Assembly: GCF_004010195.1 (NCBI RefSeq)
Contig: NC_057718.1
Coordinates: forward strand, 43,921,809 to 43,985,808
DNA from: Chiloscyllium plagiosum
Lineage: Eukaryota
Direction of reading: 5' to 3'
Length of the DNA stretch: 64,000 nt
The stretch's first letter is position 1, and each line of letters begins with the position of its first letter. The notes below the pieces were generated by a model. The model saw only the letters and a list, made by a program, of their open reading frames with translations. It ran no database searches and was not told the DNA's origin. Below, piece after piece: positions 1 through 11,420 of the stretch. The position numbers were made by a program, and so were the translations under genes.

Positions 1-468
1 CAACACTTCAACTCCCCCTCCCTCTCCACCAAGGATATGCAGGTCTTTGGGCTCCTCCATCGCCAGACCACAACAACACGACGGTTGGAGGAAGAGCGCC
101 TCATCTTCCGCCTAGGAACCCTCCAACCACAAGGGATGAACTCGGATTTCACCAGTTTCCTCATTTCCCCTCCCCCCACCTTGTCTCAGTCAAATCCATC
201 GAATTCAGCACCGCCTTCCTAACCTGCAATCTTCTTCCCGACCTCTCCGCCCCAACCCCAGTCTGACCTATCAACCTCACCTTGACCTCTTTCCACCTAT
301 CACATTTCCGACACCCCTCCCCCAAGTCCCTCCTCCCTACCTTTTATCTTAGCCTGCTGGACAAACTTCCCTTATTCCTGAAGAAGGGCTTATGCCCGAA
401 ACGTCGATTCTCCTGTTCCCTGGATGCTGCGTGACCTGCTGCGCTTTTCCAGCAACACATTTTCAGCT
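1..468 (+). mobile_element. Penelope-like retroelement 3' end (C-terminus of GIY-YIG endonuclease plus terminal repeat with hammerhead-like core)
   Basis: Translates QHFNSPS...QVFGLLHRQTTTTRRLEEERLIFRLGTLQPQGMN. Closely similar to 17400-17843, where the GIY-YIG motif is visible. CTGAAGA-A-GGGC-ttat-GCCC-GAAACGTC at 378-405. Confidence 0.85.
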
Positions 469-1079
469 GAGTCCTTACATACAAATGTGAGCCATTTCCA
501 GCAAGGACAAGTGATCCACATTATGAGCTCAACTGAATATTTTAGGATTTATTGAGAGTGTAGCGTTTTGTGTAATCAAGATTATTCAACAAGTACTATC
601 CAATCATAGAATCACATTTGGCAGTGGGTGTTTTGGTTTTGCAAACATGATTAATTAAGTACAGTCCGCACTCTACCTACTATGCACCATTAAAGGAATA
701 GGCTGTTTGATATGCTCAGCCAAATCAATGGGGAGCTCACTTCATGCTCAGCATAACCATGTCATTGAAATTCATTCATGACATCCATTAAAAGTTATAT
801 TTTGCTTACCACATAATTAAACAAATTCTGGATGAATTTAGAGATGTTTCATCGCCAGGTGCTTAAACCTAGAGTCTCAATAATTAATTGATCAAATCAG
901 CCACTATGTTCCTTCAGTTGTTAATGATAGGCAGAATACAAAGTTTACTCACCCATGTTCACAAAATACAAAGCAAAACACCTATTGTTAGATGTGATTT
1001 TGTATTTCTGCAACACTTGTTGAACAATCCTGTGTGTCATAATAACTTGACAAACAACCAATTGAGGATTATCAACTGA

Positions 1080-1350
1080 GCTCAAAATCTATCATTTTTG
1101 CTTGCTAGTAGTGACACACGTTCACATGCGGGAGCCCTATTTCTGTATATAAAGGGATTAAGTTCAAACATTATTTGTTGAATTATTCAGGAGTTTAGGG
1201 GTTATTTATTGTTGCTTTCTCTGTGGTGACCATCGCAGCCAATCCTAGTTGACTTACTAATCAATCAATACCTTTCTTTTCTGTAATATAAATTTAAATT
1301 TGGCATTCTAAATGACAAGCATTTGCAATGTGTCTCTCTTTTCAGCAATA
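1080..1350 (+). repeat. Degenerate copy of the interspersed repeat also at 28880-29190 and ~48430-48525
   Basis: Shares the ccaatc..ag.t.actt.c.aa.caat...tataaatt block and the tgtctctcttttcagca tail with the other copies. Confidence 0.5.
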
Positions 1351-4300
1351 TTCATGATACAATTTGAATAAACAAGATGTGTCGAACTAAGATTTTGTAT
1401 TTATCTTGTACCTTTAAAAGTCGAATTTTTAATTTGTTTTTGTTTCCTTTTGGAGCTAATTGTCTCTCCTTCACTAAAGCATTGACTCTTAGTTGAATAT
1501 ACTGTGCCAAAGACATTACTTACCTTCCAGTACCTCAGACAGGTTTCAATTCTCAACACTGCACTTACTCAATAGCTCTCAAAAAGCTTCTCAAGTTTGG
1601 GGAAACTTTGAAGATAAATTATTCAAAATTCTTTCAACGTGTACACATGTGCCTTTTCAATTAGGGTTGGTGAAAAGCCTGAGCAGGAGCCCTTTCTGAT
1701 TTTCCCCTTTTTAATCCCAGGATGCTGAGCTAATTAATGGTCTCAAATGTTGCCCTGGTTGAGATAAATTAAAACAGATTAGCAATTAAGCCTTGAATTT
1801 TCCTGGTCTGTGAGACCAGCCCCGTACCGGCTTAACCAGCTAAACCATGAGGGAAGTCCAATTTTTTAATTTTAGATGTACCTTTCAGGAACGGTGGTTT
1901 TCCAATAGGAAATGCAAGTAATTGAATAATTTAATCTGTATAATATTAAATTATGAAAGGCTAAAAAAAAGCTTCATGATTAGCCATTCTCCAAATTGCA
2001 CACTGCCAACTCAAAATGTCCTATTCATTACGAAGAATGAATTGAGTTAATAGAATGAGTAACTGCTCTTACCTAAGGAAGATATTTACTCACCCAAACA
2101 AAAACAAAAGCAAGAAAGTGTGCATATATGCGGTTTAATTTTGCAATGTTACCATTTAATTGTACTTCACATTCAACTTGCTGCACCATCACAAAGAATG
2201 AATACATGCATTTTGTCACTCACATTTCTAAAAGTTTTTCTTGGGCACAGTAGTATGTCTCTATCAAAGTTTTGACCATTGTTAATTAGTATAACAAACA
2301 ATTAGTGTTACATAAAATTACATTAGGCATCACTAGGTATTGGCATTTTTTCCTCCAGACACATACCAAGTACTCTTCCGGCGAAATGGAACTTGATGTT
2401 ACATTTTCACTCTTGGAAATTAGCAGTCATTTGGATTCCATAGATCTTCTCTCCTTATTTGTGCATATCCATTTCCACAAGCAGACATTGCAGTCTGTAT
2501 TATTTCAAAGTAAAACCACATGAAGGTATGTGTCTCAGCATGGTGTACTTTCGGACATTGTAAATTGTGTTCATCTGATCTTCTAGTTGGCCAAAAGGAG
2601 GATGTAGTAGATATTGATATACATATTCAATGAAGAACATCATGAATTAAAGGCCATAAGCTTGAGTGCATCATCAGAAATGTATCCACTGCATTAGGGC
2701 AGTTAGTGCGTTGAATGAACTCAGTGAAGCACAGTGCACAAGTGATGAGGATTAAGTTCAGTATAATTGGAGGATATGCAGCAGCTTTCTCCAGGCAGTC
2801 CCTGGGAAGGAGAGGCACTCCCTCTCCGACTGTCTTCACATTAGTGTAACCAGAAATATATTTTTATTGGTAGCCTGCTTCATTTGAACTACTTAATTGA
2901 ATCGCTTCAGTTGACACGTTCAGTCACTGATCACTTTTGAACAGGAGATGTTAAACATTCGGCCTCTCATTAGCATCCACAAAGGTTTATGTGGCTGCTT
3001 AAGAGGACCACTTGGAATGTCTGAGCTAATATAATATTGGAAATATTTTATGTTGTGAAACACAGCTCTATGCAGTTTGATCTTTTGCACTCATTTCAGA
3101 GCCAAGGACTGAGCACAATGAGATGCAATTTTGCACTCTACTTGTTCTGAGTTATTTTTATGGTAGTTTATTGGTAAAACTACCAATGCCAATGTCTACA
3201 TAATTGGTTCATTTAAAACTTGCATAGAATATTTCAGAAAACTGAGTAAATCTGCTGAGTGCATTCCTAACTCATTGATATTTCTGTAAGTGTGAAAGTT
3301 TTGAATTACAGAAAGATTTGAAATAGAGAATTGCATGACTCTGATCATCCAACTCGTCAGTTGGCAGTGAAAAGTCATGACTCCCTGATTTGTGACTATG
3401 TTCACTGTGTTATACTCAAGTTATTCATGCAGGCAATTTTGAGTAAGTTTTTATTAGTGAAAGAAATGATGTAATTTATGGTGAAAGTCACAGATGTTAT
3501 CATTTCAGGAAGCACTAGGACAACTTGATTTTATATGATACAAATGAGGTTGATGGTATCATCTTTAAATCGCACAAAACAAAGCACAGGCGTTAATAAT
3601 TCCAGAATGCTTGCAAAGACCTTTTCCAAATTTTATGGACAAGTTCTCAAGATGAGACACTTCTTTCCTTTTGAAGTTGAGAATATAATCTGATAAAGAT
3701 CAAAATGACTGTAGTATCATCTTCAATTTCAGCACACAGAAAAGTGATGGTGACAAAGTAACTCAAAATTGCTTCGTAGAATTTTATAGGTTAGCTTGCT
3801 CGATGATAACCTTTATTTTTGAAGTTACGCTTGGTTGAATAAAACAATCAATACAACATTTAAAGTATCAACACTTCTATTGGTGATTTGACTGGAAAAC
3901 ATGGATTTGACAATAATGTTGGTATTTCACTGTTGCTGTACATTTATCAATGAGAGTGGTCGAGGATTCTGTGGCAGATAAAGGCTATGAGAAGGGCCAA
4001 GGGATTTGAAAACTTTATTTCTTTTAACTTCATCCTCAATCGGAGGTTGGTGAAATGAAAATGATGCATTATACCCTGAAAAATGGCAGGGAACAATCCC
4101 AGGAATTGTGCTGGGATGATGCCTTCAATCTTAAACCCACTGGAGATGCTTCATCTTTATGGAACTAGTGGTGCTAGAGATAAAACATCTGAACTCATGT
4201 AGCTCCCCATTGACCATCTCCCAAACTCCCAGAGTAAGGAGTCTTTCCAATTTTATTTTTATATGTACATGCTCTTTAGGGATAAAGACTGCTTCCCTGG

Positions 4301-5429
4301 ACATTTCAACTCCACCCTTGTTTTGTACACCAGCTGAAATCAGCAAAATTTTAAAAAGCATTATTTTTAACTCTCAAAAAAACCCACAAACTTGGTTTAG
4401 GAACTCAATAGCTTTTTCTGTATTTATTTTGTCCTTATACTGTAATAGATAAAGCAGGGAACATAGTCAAGATCTATTTTGTGAAAAATACTCCAAAAAC
4501 AATGAAACCACACGCTCAAAAAACAATTACAGATTGAGAACTGCAGGAGTCTATGGTTGCATATTTGCTGTCCTTAAAGCATAATATAAAAAAAAGCTCA
4601 CAGACAAGTAACTACTTCACCTCATTTATCTATTACACTCATCATACTTTTGTAATTGTTATTTCAAATGTCTATAGTATTTTATTTCTATGATGACACC
4701 TGCCAGTTTGCAGCTAACATTTCTAACCCTTTTTGAGTATAGTCTGTCTACATATTTATTTTAAAATACTATTCCATTAACTTAACTATATGCCTTACAG
4801 TGACACAACATAATAAACTATTAATAGAAAGGAAAGAACGGAATAGCAATGTGGTCCATATCATTCATATCTCTCCAAAATGGCTGTGAAGTCTATCCAG
4901 TGTAATAACCAATTGTATTGTCAGTAAAGAGATGGGAGGTGTCATCAACAGTGCTATCAAGCACACTTCCTTTAGCAATAATCAGCCCACTGTTGCTCAG
5001 TTTGAGTTCTGCCAGGGCCACTCAGCCCCTGACCTCATTGTGCCCTTGGCTCAAACATGGACAAAAAAGCTGAATTTCAGAGGTGAGGCGAGAGTGACTG
5101 TCCTTGACATCAAGCCTGCATTTGACCAAGTGTAGCATAAGGAGCCCTGGCAACACTGGAGTCAATGGGAATTGGAGGAAAACTCTCCACTGATTGGAGT
5201 CATACCTGGCAGAAAGGAAGATTGTTGTGATTGTTGGAGGTCAGTCATATTTGTTCCAGGATATTTCTCAGGAGATCATCCTTGGCTCAAGCATCTTCAG
5301 TTGTTTCTTCTAAGAAATTCCCTCCGTCATAAGGTTCAGATGTAGGGATGTTCACTTATGATTACACAATCTTCAGCGCCATTCACAGTTTCTCAGCTAC
5401 TGAAGCAGTCTAAGTCCAACACTATTGCA

Positions 5430-5619
5430 GCAGCAAAAACAGAAACTGCTGGAAAGTCTCAGCAGGACTGGTAGCTCTGATAGCTCTGAAGAAGGGTCAC
5501 TGGACCCAAAATGTTAATTCTGATTTCACTTCACAGGTGTTTCCAGACCTGCTGAGGTTTTCCAGCAATTTCTGTTTTTGTTTCAGATTTTCAGCATCTA
5601 TGGTTATTTCAGTTCTTTG
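5430..5619 (+). mobile_element. PLE terminal mini-insertion with inverted arm, inside a LINE
   Basis: Left arm caaaaacagaaactgctggaaa is inverted relative to tttccagcaatttctgtttttg. Decayed hammerhead core ctgaagaagggtcactggacccaaaa. Flanked by actattgca/actatgca. Confidence 0.7.
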
Positions 5620-6186
5620 ACTATGCACCAGAACTTAGGCAATATCCATGTTTGGGCTGACAAATGGCACTATCATTGCTGAATCTCCAACTAACAACAT
5701 TGTAATGGTACCATTGACCAGAAACTGAAGTAGACCAGCCATATAAAAACTGTGGCTACAAGAGTAGGCCCAAGATTAGGGATTCTGCATTGAGTAACTC
5801 TTCCTGATTCCCCAAAGCCTGTCCACCATCCACAGGCACAATCACGAAGGTAATAGTTTATTCCCCACATGCCTGGATGACTGCAGTCTTGAAAACACTC
5901 AAGAAGCTTGACATTGTCCTGGCTCAAAACAGTCCTCTTGATTGGCATCATATCCACAAACATTCACTTCTTCCGCTGCTACAAGATGCACTGCAGAAAT
6001 TCACAGAAGTTCCTAAGACACCACCTTCGAAGCCCAGAACCATTGCCAGCTGGAAGAACAAGGGCAACAAATGCACAGGAACATCACAGCCTGTAGGCTT
6101 ACCCTCAAGTTACTCACAATCCTGACTTGGAAATATAATGTTGTTTTTTGAAAAATCCTGGAAATTCCTTCCTGCAGGTGTATTTA

Positions 6187-6543
6187 GAATGTAGAATCTC
6201 TACAATGCATAAAGAGGCCAATCAGCCCATCAGGTCCACACTGACTCTCTGAAGACCATCCCACCCCATCTCAGCCCCACCTTATCCCTGTAACCCTGTA
6301 TTTATCATGGCTCATCCACTTAACCTGCACATCATTGAACAGTACAGGACAATTTAGCATGATCAATCCACCTAATCTACACATCTTTGGGCTGTGGGAG
6401 GAAACCAGAGCACCCAGCAGAAACCCACAGGACACAGGGAGAATGTTTATACTTCACATTGACATTACCCGAGACTGGAATCAAACCGGGGTCTCTAGCG
6501 CTACGAGGCAACTGTGCTAACCACTGAGTCACTGTGCTGCCTG
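6187..6543 (-). mobile_element. HE1/V-SINE-like tRNA-derived SINE
   Basis: Reverse complement begins ggcagcacagtgactcagtggttagcacag (A box), contains the ttcctcccacagcccaaagatgtgtag core and has a CR1-like tail. Confidence 0.8.
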
Positions 6544-8232
6544 TTAGGTATCTATTAGTTCAGTAAGGCAGCTTATCACCACCTTCTCAAGGGCAACTAG
6601 GGAACAGCCATAAATGCTGGCCCAGCTATTTGACACCCAAATCCCATGAATAAATAAAAACAAAAATTGTTCCAGGATATTTAACTCTATCATATTTTTA
6701 TAATCCAGTCTGCAGGCTGACCACTGTTTATGTGGAAATTATTTTGCTATCAAGTAAAATGCAGTTTTATTATTATAAGTTTCATCTGTAGCCCCTTGCA
6801 AACATTTAATTGCTTGAACTGAAATTATGAACTTTTTTTGATACTACTTTCATCAACTCTCGCAAGTTGATGAAAGGCTGAAAGCTCAAGTTGCCTCAGT
6901 CTTTCTTCACAATTTTAAATTCCTAATATTAGACAGCAGACATATGGCTCTTACTGCATTGTTTCCAATACTTGAATAGCTTTTTTATGTTGCAGTGTTG
7001 CATTATTGCCTCAGAACTAAATTGCCTATGCATTAAAATCCTGGAGTAGATTTGAACACATAACTTCTAATTCAGTGGGGAAAAGCATTATCAGATGAAC
7101 TAAGTTGACAACACACATCTGTCACAGCTACTGTGGCTACAGGTAGTATAGTACTCCAGCTTCAAAGGCACAAAATTGTACCTTAACTATAATTGAGAAG
7201 AATCTTTCTCAGAGTTGACCTTTACAAAAAGCTGGTGCATCTCTTTAATTGTGGTAGGTAATTTGATGTATTCTTCTATACCAGTGTGACATTTCAGGTT
7301 CCCACACTACTCTCTTTATAAGCTCTCTGAGTGAGATTGTCTAATTAGTACCAAATCATAGGTAGTTTTGTGCTGTGGATTTATGTCTGCTGGGAGCCAG
7401 GTTGATGTGCCTGATACTCATTTCAATTAGTATCTTTAAAAGTCTTCAAAAAGGAGACTTTCTTCTTATTTTTCCACATTTTAGAAGTCAAACAACAGTA
7501 TTCTAACCTAATACACTAATCCCCTTTGGGTTACATTGAACATAGCAACTTAATAATTTTCACTCAATTGCTTGGAAAATTCAACTTCACTATTTTATCA
7601 AATCATTATTAATTGAAGCACATGTTGCAAAGTTTTAGGGATGTTATCTTGCATCGATAGAAAAATATTCTTAAACATTTATTTAAATCCCTTCAGCATG
7701 TGTATATTTATCATGTCCAAATTTCTTGAAAGGAAATGAAAGAAAGTAAGATGGTGAAAGGTAGATTTATATCAGCTTCTGCCATTCCTTGGATAGGCAT
7801 GTAGTGAGGGCAGGACAACTCCCCATAGATGCTATTACCTGACTTCCATTGGCTGTCTTGGGAAGTGGCAAAATTGGCCAGGATCATTCATCTGAGTTCA
7901 GCAAGGAATGATTTATATAGAGTGGAGAAGAGAATGACAAAACAGAATAACCTGAAGAATAACCTCTCAGGTGACTCCGCCTTGTTATTCTCCTTCTTTG
8001 TTATATTCAAATACAGCAACAAAGATTGGGTCTGATTTTTATTTTCACATATTGTCCAGGCATTAAAATCAGATTATAGGGGCTGGAAGACACAACGACA
8101 ACATTGAAAGCTGACACTTCAACCGAGTCAAGATTTCACAACATTATCATAATGGTTTTCAGAGATACGATTTCTAAAAATAACAGTTCTTTTTCAGATG
8201 TTTGTATAGACTTGCTCTGTTAACAGTTTTAA

Positions 8233-8298
8233 AGGCACACCTTGTCAACGTTTAAGGTGTTTGTAGAAAAGCAGCTTAAATGTTGACAAGGTGTTCCT
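8233..8298. mobile_element. 66-bp hairpin element, TTAA-flanked with AGG...CCT ends (Kolobok/T2-MITE-like)
   Basis: TTAA 8229-8232, then AGGCACACCTTGTCAACGTTTAAGGTG...CAGCTTAAATGTTGACAAGGTGTTCCT, then TTAA 8299-8302. Arms about 30 bp with 3 mismatches. Confidence 0.55.
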
Positions 8299-9233
8299 TT
8301 AACTGGTTAAGTGCTCATTTTTTCATAACTGTGAGAAGGAAGCATAAGCCTACTAGAGGCTAATTGTTATTCACTATCAGACTGAACTGACCCTTTACAA
8401 AAGCTGGCACATCCTTTTTACTTGTACCGTATGCTTTGAAATATTATGCTGTGAAGCACTTGTAAGATTATGAGGTGTGAGAGTGATGATCGATTTAAAA
8501 AGTAGCAACATTTCGGTCAAGCCCATGACAGAACAGCAGATTCAGCGAGGGTAGCAAGGTGAATAATGCAACAGCCATGTACTCTTGTGTTTAATCTTGC
8601 ATTGTTTTTGCACAGTAAATTTTTGCTTGACTGTAATTCATGTCATCTTCAGTTGTCAGTACGTCCCTCACATCATCAAAATAGTATTAAATGTTATAAG
8701 CTGAGCAGCAAAAGAACTTTCAGAAGTCAGAACCCATTTATAGAGCAGTGCTTGTAGAAAATGGATTCTGTTCTCTACAGAATTTTCTTTCACTTCTTTC
8801 CACTGAGAAGTTTACTGATTTCTCCCAGTGGAATCGGCTGGAATTTATCGGTTCATGGTTGGCAGTCACAGATTAAGGTAAATGTCGATCTGTAATGACC
8901 CTCTACATGTTAGTATTGCAGTAAAGCTGGGCTTTTATGTCAAAGATATCGGAGAGGGAGCTATTACACATGACAGGGGTGATCAAGGGACTCCAGACCA
9001 AGGCAAGCATTATTAAATATTGACTACTTCTGTGATTTATGTAGAGCTTGAGGAAAAAAGTGACTTTTTAACCATTATATATTCTTCAGCATGGAAAACC
9101 ATTCATTTATCTTATAGTGGAAATAAAGAAAGCATTTTGTTTTCATTTAGAACATTGGCATTGTAAATGCCTTGATGTTTTTGTAATGCTTTACTGTTTA
9201 TTACATAATAAGAAGGTAACTGTTTCATTTTAG

Positions 9234-9252
9234 TTATATATATATATATATA
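9234..9252. repeat. (TA)n microsatellite
   Basis: Direct reading. Confidence 0.9.
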
Positions 9253-11199
9253 GTGAGAGACTAAAGTATGCCTTGAATACATTATACAAATGCTGTCATT
9301 AATTATTTCTGATTCAGCCCTTTTATTTTTACATGAGCCCTTCCACAGTCAGTGAATGGCCATTAACGATTTCGGGTTGTTTTTACATTGAGTGATTCCA
9401 TACAACACTTTGCATTGCCATCATTTGAAATAACACATACACCTCGAGCAATAAAAGCCCCAAAATACATTCACATGTCAAATAACTTATTCCAATAGGT
9501 TTACAGGTTCATTTGCACTGAAACATTGTATTTTACAGCACAATAACATTTGACAACATGGACTTTGTTGTGCATGATTTGCTCTGGTGTGTTACAGCCT
9601 CCCAGGAAAATAAATAAATAGCAATAGTTCTGTTAATGCAGGGGTTAAACTATGCCAATTCATTACATTGAGGTAAAAAACAAACAATTTATAGTTTTCA
9701 TATAAATCAGCTTTATAACGTGCTTTGATTGTTCTTGGGTCAGCTTTTCCAAGTTGAAATCAATAAAAGTGCAAGTGGTCTAATCAGTCCATTTTTTTTA
9801 TTACAGATTTAAGCACCAGATCTACACTGTAAAATTCAACCATCCCTCTTCTGATTAATTCCTCAACGATATCTCCTAAATTCCTGTTAACTCCCATCAG
9901 TTGCCAGTACAACATTGAAATTATAACAGAGAAACAATCCATTAAGCCCATCCAGTTCGCTTATGCTCCGTGTAAGTTACCATCCTAATTTTATATGCCC
10001 CTCCTGTCCTCTTTATTGCCTCTTCCTTCAAAAACCTCTCCAAAAACCTATTTTTTTAAAGTTGACATAATCTCTGCTTCAATCATTAACAATGTCAGTG
10101 CATTCCATAGTCTCAAAACTCTGTGTAAAAATGTTTCTCCTCTCTGTCCTAAATTCATTACACTTAATTATCTAGTTATTTTCCTTGTTCAAGATTCTAG
10201 TCACTATTAACATGAAAAGGATTAAAATGAGGTTGAAAAGTTGCAGAAAAGGAGACCGGTTGATCTCTGCTTTGCATAGACTAGTTGAACGATTTGCATC
10301 AAAATTCTGTCACACTCTTGGCTAAATTAGATTTTAGGAACTAATTTCAGAAGACAGAATTTCAATTTGAAAAGACACAAGAGTGATTTGATTGTTTTTG
10401 TTAAGTGTGCAATGAGTTAAATCAGATTCTTAGATCGTTTTAGCAACAGAATATCCATATGCAGTGGTTAATTTCAGTCTTTTGAAAATAATTCCTTTTT
10501 GTATCCAAGTGAAAACCAAATAACATCTTAGCAGTTTTTAAACATTTAACCTACTAAGCTATGGTTTACTTGGGTTCAGAAAATGCCTTCTTTCTTGGTG
10601 GGTGCAGATAATTATTCCCGTCAGCTATATCAAAGTTTGCTTTACTCCAACTTTAGCTTCACTATGCTTTGCTGAGTTACTTATATTGTCTTTGGTGTCA
10701 AAAGCATAGGGATACTGGAAAGCCTATAGGAAAACTGATAAGTACAGTATTTGATAGTGCACCTTGAATTGCCTCATGCACCAGCTGCATTAAAAGCAAA
10801 ATGTAACTAGCAAGACAGACTTCTTTAATTTGGTTCCTCACAGCTTGTGAACATATAAAATAAAAAAAGAAATGCTGGACTATTTTGGCAAACTCCTGAG
10901 GTGGAACATTACAGGGATCTGACTGATGTGGGCTATGGAGAGATTTATGGCAGAATTGAACAAGAAATCCATTGAAGTCCGTCTTAATATTGGGAGCATC
11001 TTATTCCAATTCTTTATGCTTTGACAGATGGTGAATTTCTCATAAGATTACCAATTAAAGAGAACTAGTGTTTGTTAAATGCATGATTGATAGGCCAACT
11101 TGTCTTATTAATATTGAGTTTTCTAACTCAAAAACACACCAAACAAGTTAGCTAGAAGTGGTAAAAAAAAACTCAGTATGGAAACCTGAGCTGATAGAA

Positions 11200-11420
11200 A
11201 TATTGAATCATGGAACTGCTACAACACAGAAGGGGGCCATTCGGTCCATTTTGTCCATGTTGACCTAAAGACACCCAGATGCTATTTAAAATCCCATCTT
11301 CGTGCACATGGCCCTGAAGCTCACTGCACTTCAGGTGCTGATCAAAGTACCTTTTTAAAAAGAGTTTAGGGTCTTTACCGCCACCACCAACTCAAGCAGT
11401 GAATTCCAGACATTGATACC
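11200..11420 (-). mobile_element. CR1-like LINE 3' end fragment
   Basis: gaatcatggaactgctacaacacagaagggggccattcggtcc and gcagtgaattccagacatt (reverse strand W-N-S-L motif region). Confidence 0.65.

Larger units (their letters stand above)
4915..6660 (+). mobile_element. Decayed non-LTR retrotransposon (RT region to 3' end), interrupted by a PLE terminus and a SINE
   Basis: ORF 4932-5135 reads QFEFCQGHSAPDLI...WTKKLNFRGEARVTVLDIKPAFDQV, matching LINE RT motifs QFGFR and LDIxxAFD. A-rich tail near 6650. Same family as 24500-26480, 37655-38125 and 62020-62790. Confidence 0.85.

Noticed and set aside
2627..2839. 70-aa minus-strand ORF in unique, slightly GC-richer DNA
   Set aside because: No recognisable homology or convincing splice boundaries; it could be a conserved non-coding element, but that cannot be supported from sequence alone.
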